This document shows positions 55,901-64,000 of a DNA stretch of 64,000 nt, one piece after another. Location: NCBI GenBank assembly GCA_964016885.1, contig OZ024746.1, forward strand, positions 71,052,001 through 71,116,000, in the 5' to 3' direction. A program made the position numbers and the translations under genes. The notes beneath the pieces are model-generated. The model was not told where the DNA came from and did not search any database. It was given only the letters and a program-made list of their open reading frames with translations. Within the stretch, counting starts at the first letter, position 1; each line of letters starts with the position of its first letter. The DNA comes from Eledone cirrhosa (Eukaryota).

Positions 55901-56100
55901 CCAGTCACTGAAGAGGTCACATAATGTGTGACGAAAGAACTTTGACAATATATAAACAACCATCTGGTTGTGGAACCAACCAACCAACCGGAAATTTATA
56001 AATTCCTAAATTTATAAATTTATTATAATAAATTGAAGTGAAAACAACTGGTGCGTTTGTTTCTTATTGGCAACATGACCCTCCCAAAGTATAACAATAT
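55901..56100 (+). mobile_element. Penelope-like pLTR fragment with hammerhead at 55904-55946
   Basis: Reverse complement of 18651-18847; ends ATGACCCTCCCAAAGTATAACAATA like 42813-42839 and the pieces near 29370 and 31228. Confidence 0.65.
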
Positions 56101-56156
56101 CGGTTTCAACACACGTTTTCAGATAAAGAATCTTGCTAAACAAATTCAGAAACGAA

Positions 56157-56283
<127 letters not shown>

Positions 56284-56299
56284 CATATATATATATATG

Positions 56300-56446
<147 letters not shown>

Positions 56447-56478
56447 GTATGTATATATATGTATATGTATATATATAT

Positions 56479-57084
56479 GGTGGCTGCCAACTCGTTTTCG
56501 AGTACAGCCACTACTTTATATCCATGTACGAGAACCCCTACCGATCCGCTGAACGAGTGTGACTTTTTAGTCTAGCCAGCGACTAGAAAACTCTGGTACA
56601 AACACTACACTTGTGACAATTATTGACACATAGTGCTGGGCCCATGGTACCAATGTAACGACAAGTGCAGAGAGATCTCCATATATAAAGCAATGCCTGT
56701 GCCGTGAAGCTTTTATAGTGAGCAAAGGCACTGCACAAAGCCAGTCCCACTCTCTTAACCAAGATGATATTTACCAAAAAGAAGAACAGGTCAACATCAT
56801 TGGATACCATCAGAGTTGCAGGTGTTATATCAGAGTTTTCCTTCTCCTAGAATTCTGCCTTGACAAAGGCTAAGGGGTCATCTCTCCCGGTGATTTTGGA
56901 TGGCCATTGACTCTTAAGAGCTCCTTTGCCCTTTGACAGGTTTTGTTTTTAGTCCTGCAGGATGTCCAAAGTCACCCTCCTCACCAAGAAACCTTGGTGG
57001 GGTTGCCAGTTTAGTCGCCAACGACCCGACCATGAGACAGGTTGTACTGGGATACATGTTACCAGTAGCACCAACTGGTGACCT

Positions 57085-57087
<3 letters not shown>
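56479..57087 (-). mobile_element. full-length RTE-derived element, family A
   Basis: Near-identical to 27185-27790. Confidence 0.88.
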
Positions 57088-57129
<42 letters not shown>

Positions 57130-57372
57130 GCATATATATATATATATATATTAATAAAAGATCATAGGCCATATTCAATTGGTTTAGGTATATTTAAAAC
57201 TCGGTTATACATATTTCACTAAGCACTATCAATTAACCTCAGCTCGTCAGACGGCAAAACTTAAAATAAACATAGAAGGTTTCTAAGAAACCTTTAAATT
57301 TGGAAAAATCTAATAATTTCCCCGAAAAAAAATTTTTCTGGGAAATTATTAGAATTTCATGATACAGGGGCC

Positions 57373-58145
<773 letters not shown>

Positions 58146-58269
58146 TGCCACTTTGACGAATCAAAGAAAGGAATAAAAAGAATAGAACCTAAAACATATT
58201 TTCTGTGCTATTTCCAACTTCACCTTTTCTCTATAACCACAATTTTGTATAGACCCTTACTTCCCTTTT

Positions 58270-58328
<59 letters not shown>

Positions 58329-58490
58329 TACTTTGATATATATATTTACTACCTTGATTAAATCTTAGCCAGGGTATATATTGTCATGTATCATTATATT
58401 TTGTCTAATGAGGACGTACTGTTGTACCTCTGAAATATGTATAATAAAATTTAATTGATCAAAAGAACATCTATTTTATTAATATTTGTA

Positions 58491-58526
<36 letters not shown>

Positions 58527-58684
58527 TATATATAAGTTTATCCCGGGCTTCCTGATGATTTCTCCCGAATGAAACAGTTCTAGTCCTGTAGAAGCCATTT
58601 CTATATTAAATATATATATATATATATATATGTAAAAATATTTTTGAAACAGCGAGTGGGTTTGAAATTATTAGAAATGTAAGC

Positions 58685-58970
58685 TATCGCCGTATTTTGA
58701 CTAAAGAAATTAAAGAAATTATTTAGCCTGATAGTGGGGTTAAGAACCCTCGGAGAAATGGAAAAAGATGAGTATTGACGTACATGGGAGTCGAACCCAC
58801 ATCTTTGGTTATCCGGACCACTGTGCTACCATTTACACCAACACATCACCTATGATGTGTTGGTGAAAATGGTAGCACAGTGGTCCGGATAACCAAAGAT
58901 TTCTCCGAGGGTTCTTAACCCCACTATCAGGCTAAATAATTTCTTTAATTTCTTTAGTCAAAATACGGCG

Positions 58971-58973
<3 letters not shown>
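58685..58973. mobile_element. fold-back element containing a tRNA-like cloverleaf (58776-58847, -)
   Basis: Inverted arms; cloverleaf with TGGTGTAAATGG and GGTTCGACTCCC boxes followed by TTTTT. Confidence 0.65.
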
Positions 58974-59030
<57 letters not shown>

Positions 59031-59968
59031 CTTTGTGCGTGTTTTGTGTCTACATCTATCCTGGGCCGATTACTGGATTTTTTTAATGGTGTTGGTGGAG
59101 CTACCTTTGATATCTGGCTTGGGTCAATTACAAGCTTTGCATGTGTATATATGCTTACGTGTTAGAATACCTACCTAAGCCGATTATCAGTTGTGCCGGA
59201 CGGGATATTATGCATATTAATTAAAACATACACACACACACACACACAAAACATATACATATATATATATATATACATACACATATATATATATATATAT
59301 ACATGAAAAGCGGGAAGTAATTTGTTCACACATGTAATCCGTTCTGTTAATCTTATAACATTAACACTTGTCTCCTACCTTTCTATCATCTTTGTATTCC
59401 TCTTTATTTACCTCCTCCTCCTCCACCCTCATCTTTATCCTCCTCCTAAGCTGTCAGCTACCAAGGCCACATTCCGCCGTAACACCATCACTAGAACGAA
59501 CACACTGGATAGGTTCATAGGTTGTGAACTGACGAAAAATACTGACGTTTCAGTCCATGCTCTTCGTCAGACACAAAAGTGTTTTATCTCTATGATTAAG
59601 AAATTTATGCTCGAAATACTAGAATTCCTGTTACTCGTCCCAATAGAAATATTTATTTTTTTGTTGCACGAGCCGACTATTTTAGGAGGTACTCTTTAGT
59701 TAAATCATGTAAATCCACAGTTGGTCTAAGAGCTGATGATGTATATACATGTTTGTGTGATCTTTTCTCGACTATTTTCTCCCTCTTTTCCTTTCCTCCT
59801 ATCACTTTTGCGAGCCAACACACTTCTAGCCAATGATTTCTGTCCTTTCAGGTAAATTTTACCCGACCCTATCATTGACAGAACTTTGTTCCTTGCGTTG
59901 AGTTCTCATTATTCTACGAATTCTAATACACTCGCGCTTCAAACTCGATATTCGAGATAACTTTGTTT

Positions 59969-60106
<138 letters not shown>

Positions 60107-60224
60107 ATATATATTTGAGTTAGAAACTCAAAATGGTCTCTTACAATTAAATAGCTCAAAGAAAGAAGTTTTTCTGAGCCGTGTAATATAATTGAATATA
60201 CAAGAGAGGTAAACACACATATAA

Positions 60225-60540
60225 ACATACATGTGTTCGAATTGTAAAGGACCAAGTTCACTAGGGTGAAAAAATACTAACTATAACAATATGGTTTGCC
60301 AGACTTAATTTAAAGTAATAAATCAAGAAAAAGAAGAACAAACCTATATTGGGCAACTGCCTGAAACACCTAGACAGCTATAGCAGCTATAGGAGCTGTC
60401 TCGCAAATTATTAATCGAAGGAATCACCAACTTTTTCTGCTCTTCAGTAGGTGTAAAAATTAGTAATCCTTCCACTTCTAAGTATATCAGAAGACTGAAT
60501 AGTGTGCGAATATGAAAAAACGCACATGTCTTCAGAGCCT
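60225..60540 (+). pseudogene. decayed Penelope-like GIY-YIG endonuclease remnant
   Basis: Manual translation SNCKGPSSLG..NMVCQT..EEQTYIGQ..KLVIL..LN follows the motif order CNC..CPL..VYQ..TYIG..EKL.I..LN; many stops. Confidence 0.45.
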
Positions 60541-60919
60541 AGCGTGTCTCATAAACATATGCTGCTAAAAATAGCAGCAGGGTTTACACGACATTTAAAT
60601 TAGTTCAACGAGACGGAGCCGACAATATCAGATATTGAGTTAGAAACGAGACACGCTTTATATAACCTACACCAACCAACACCAACCTACACCAGTCTAT
60701 CCAATACACACAAGCACAACCAAACAGCATTAACCCACACCATCCTACCAACCTATCCAACCCACACAAACCAATCATATCAACAACGACAAACTGCCAA
60801 ATAATTAAACATGCAATCAAATCAAATCTAATCAAATCAAAACTAATTAAGAAATATATGAAAAAAAAACAAAAACAAAAAAACACACAAAAAATATCAG
60901 CAATAATTACATCACTAAA

Positions 60920-61041
60920 AGCAGCCTATAATAATATCAATATCATCATTATCAGTAACAGTAACAAGATCAACAATATCCAACAATATCATCATCATCA
61001 TCACCATCACCATCCTCACCATCACCATCATCACCATCACG

Positions 61042-61120
<79 letters not shown>

Positions 61121-61207
61121 CCACCATCACCATCATCACCATCACCATCATCATCATCATCATCATCATCATCACCATCACCACCATCACCACATCATCA
61201 CCATCAC

Positions 61208-61263
<56 letters not shown>

Positions 61264-61639
61264 CCATCATCATCATCAACATCATCATCAACATCATCAT
61301 CATCATCATCATTAAAACAACAACAACAACAATATTAACGACAACAATATCATCGTCATCATCATCATCATTGCCATCATCATCATCATCATCATCGTCA
61401 TCAACGGTATTAACATCATCAGCAATAATATCACCAACAGCAACAATAACATCATCATCAACATCATCAGTAACAACAGCATCAACGATATCAACAACAA
61501 CAGCATTAGCAATAACAACAGTAACAACATTAACAACAATAACAACAATAACAACATTAACAACAATAGCAACATTAACAACAATAACAACCACAACTAC
61601 AGTAACAACAACAACAATAGCAACAACAGTAACATCGTC

Positions 61640-61689
<50 letters not shown>

Positions 61690-61782
61690 CGCCAGAAACA
61701 ACAACAAAAACAATAACAACAGTAGCAACAACATTAACAACAATAATATAACAACAACAACATCATCAACAACACCAGTAAT

Positions 61783-61819
<37 letters not shown>

Positions 61820-61930
61820 GTAACGACAACGCCAGAAACAACAAGAACAACATTAGCAACAATAATATAACAATAACAACAACAACAACAACAGTAACAA
61901 CAACAGTAACATCATCAACATCAACAAGCA
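60920..61930. repeat. (CAT)n and (AAC)n microsatellites
   Basis: Direct inspection. Confidence 0.97.
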
Positions 61931-62638
61931 ATATTAAATAACCAATATATGTTGGTGGTGTGTTGTTATTATCGATCTGCTGGTCCCAATAATTCTATAA
62001 AATGGACGTCTCTGCTAACAGATTGCTAACTCTCCAATTTCTAAATATACATCACAATATTCTTGATGTGTGTCTGATGCCAACATGGCCGCCTTAAGCG
62101 GATATTAAGGATGTATGTATGTATGTATGTATGTATGTATGTATGTATGTATGTATGTATGTATGTATGTATGTATGTATGTATGTATGTATGTATGTAT
62201 GTATGTATGTGTGTGTGTATGTATGTATGTATGTATGTATGTATGTATGTGTGTGTGCATATGTATGTATGTGTCTATGTATGTGTGCATGTATGTATGT
62301 TTGTATGTATGTGTGTGTGTGTATATGTATGTATGCGTCTATGTATGTGTGTGTGTATGTATGTATGTGTATGTATGTATGTATGTATGTATGTATGTAT
62401 GTATGTATGTATGTATGTGTGTGTATGTGTGTATGTATATATGTATGTATGTGTGTGTGCGTATGTATGTATGTATGTATGTATGTATGTATGTATGTAT
62501 GTATGTATGTGTGTGTGTGTATGTGTGTGTATGTATGTATGTATGTGTGTTTGTATGAATGTATGTATATGTTTGTATGTATGTGTATGTATGTATGTAT
62601 GTATGTATGTATGTATGTGTGTGTGTGTATGTATATTA

Positions 62639-63003
62639 TCTGGTTTTATAATTTAACAAAGTTTTACCAATAGAGAGAGAGTCGGTTTCTAACATAGACA
62701 CAAGACTCTCTCATTGGAATTTACACAACATCATGTATGTATGCATGCATGTGTAGATATGGATGTTATTGTATGTATGGATGTGTATGTTTTGAGTTGT
62801 ATGTGTGCATGTGTATATGCTTTGTATCTGTACATGTGTATATGCAGTTATTAGATGCAAAATTTTTGGAATGTTTTACATATTTTTACTGTTCCATTAA
62901 TGGATTGTATTTGTAATTTCCTAACTAGTTGTGTTCTTTCTGTTCCTGTGAAGCCTAGCTTCTCAAGATTTGTATTGAGGCAGTTACTAACATATCCCAG
63001 TGC
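62639..63003 (-). mobile_element. R4/Dong 3' fragment
   Basis: Near-identical to 1595-1960; 3' end abuts (CATA)n. Confidence 0.88.
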
Positions 63004-63006
63004 AAC

Positions 63007-63514
63007 CTGGTAACATGTATCCCTGTACAACCTGTCTCATGGTCGGGTCGTTGGCGACTAAACTGGCAACCCCACCAAGGTTTCCTGGTGAGGAGGGTGA
63101 CTTTGGACATCCTGCAGTACTAAAAACAAAACCTGTCAAAGGGCAAAGGAGCTCTTAAGAGTCAATGGCCATCCAAAATCACCGGGAGAGATGACCCCTT
63201 AGCCTTTGTCAAGGCATAATTCTAGGAGAAAGAAAACTCTGATATAACACCTGCAACTCTGATGGTATCCAATGATGTTGACTTGTTCTTCTTTTTGGTA
63301 AATATCATCTTGGTTAAGAGAGTGGGACTGGCTTTGTGCAGTGCCTTTGCTCACTATAAAAGCTTCACGGCACAGGCATTGCTTTATATCTGGAGATCTC
63401 TCTGCACTTGTCGTCACATGGTACCATGGGCCCAGCACTATGTGTCAATAATTGTCACAAGTGTAGTGTTTGTACCAGAGTTTTCAAGTTGCTGGTTGGA
63501 CTAAAAAGTCACAC
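63007..63514 (+). mobile_element. RTE-derived element, family A (ends clipped)
   Basis: Reverse complement of 27185-27790. Confidence 0.85.
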
Positions 63515-63737
63515 AATGCATGTATGTGTGTGTGTGTATGTATGTGTGTGTGTATATATGTGTGTGTGTATGTATGTGTGTGTATGTATGTATGTGTGTG
63601 TACGTATGTATGTATGTGTGTGTGTATGTATGTATGTGTGTGTATGTATATATGTATGTGTCTATGTGTGTGTGTGTATGTATGCGTGTGTGTGTATGTA
63701 TGTGTTTATGTATGTATGTGCGTATATATGTATGTTA

Positions 63738-64000
63738 TGTCGGGTCACTCTTGAGTGCTACTGGTAACATGGAACTCAGTACAACCTGTCGCATGGTCAG
63801 GTCGCATGGTCAGGTCGCCGGCAACCCCACCAAGTTTAGTTGGTGAAGAGGGTGATTTTGGACACCCTGCAGGACAAAAAACAAAACCTGACAAAGGGCG
63901 GAAGAACTTATAAGAGTCAACGGCCATCGAAAAGTGTGTAAATATGTATATACACATGTACCGCGCGGTTAAACCACTGGGAGTAAAGGACCCCTAGCCT
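63738..64000 (+). mobile_element. 5' part of RTE-derived element, family B
   Basis: 5' region homologous to family A; continues into sequence shared with 8628+ and 20870+. Confidence 0.75.

Noticed and set aside
58776-58847. Functional tRNA gene
   Set aside because: Several GU pairs in the acceptor stem, C at position 33, GGA anticodon without a long variable arm; embedded in a fold-back element
63738-63900. Twister or HDV-like ribozyme at the RTE-derived 5' end
   Set aside because: Could not fit the conserved cores or pseudoknots by eye; kept only as an unassigned structured RNA

Overview
AT-rich animal DNA made almost entirely of transposons and microsatellites; no host protein-coding exon could be supported. 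The SINE and LINE families resemble those of octopod cephalopods (recognised by eye, not by database search). Contents: a near-intact Tx1/L1-clade LINE (11.9-17.8 kb) plus three decayed relatives; an R4/Dong-type RLE LINE split by two Helitron-like inserts; RTE LINE fragments and non-autonomous RTE derivatives ending in (TATG)n; about 25 tRNA-derived SINE copies; CRE-like and Penelope GIY-YIG remnants; a solo LTR; a Tc1/mariner-type MITE; two minisatellites; and many microsatellites that create spurious ORFs. Two observations stand out. (1) An inverted SINE pair at 9151-9421 carries 19 same-strand A-to-G changes confined to its paired stem, which looks like ADAR hyper-edited RNA reverse-transcribed back into the genome. 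(2) About 15 minimal type I hammerhead ribozyme motifs from roughly 10 families occur, mostly beside (TA)n tracts and often inside fold-back palindromes, as expected for Penelope-like pseudo-LTR relics. All alignments and folds were done manually, so edges are approximate.
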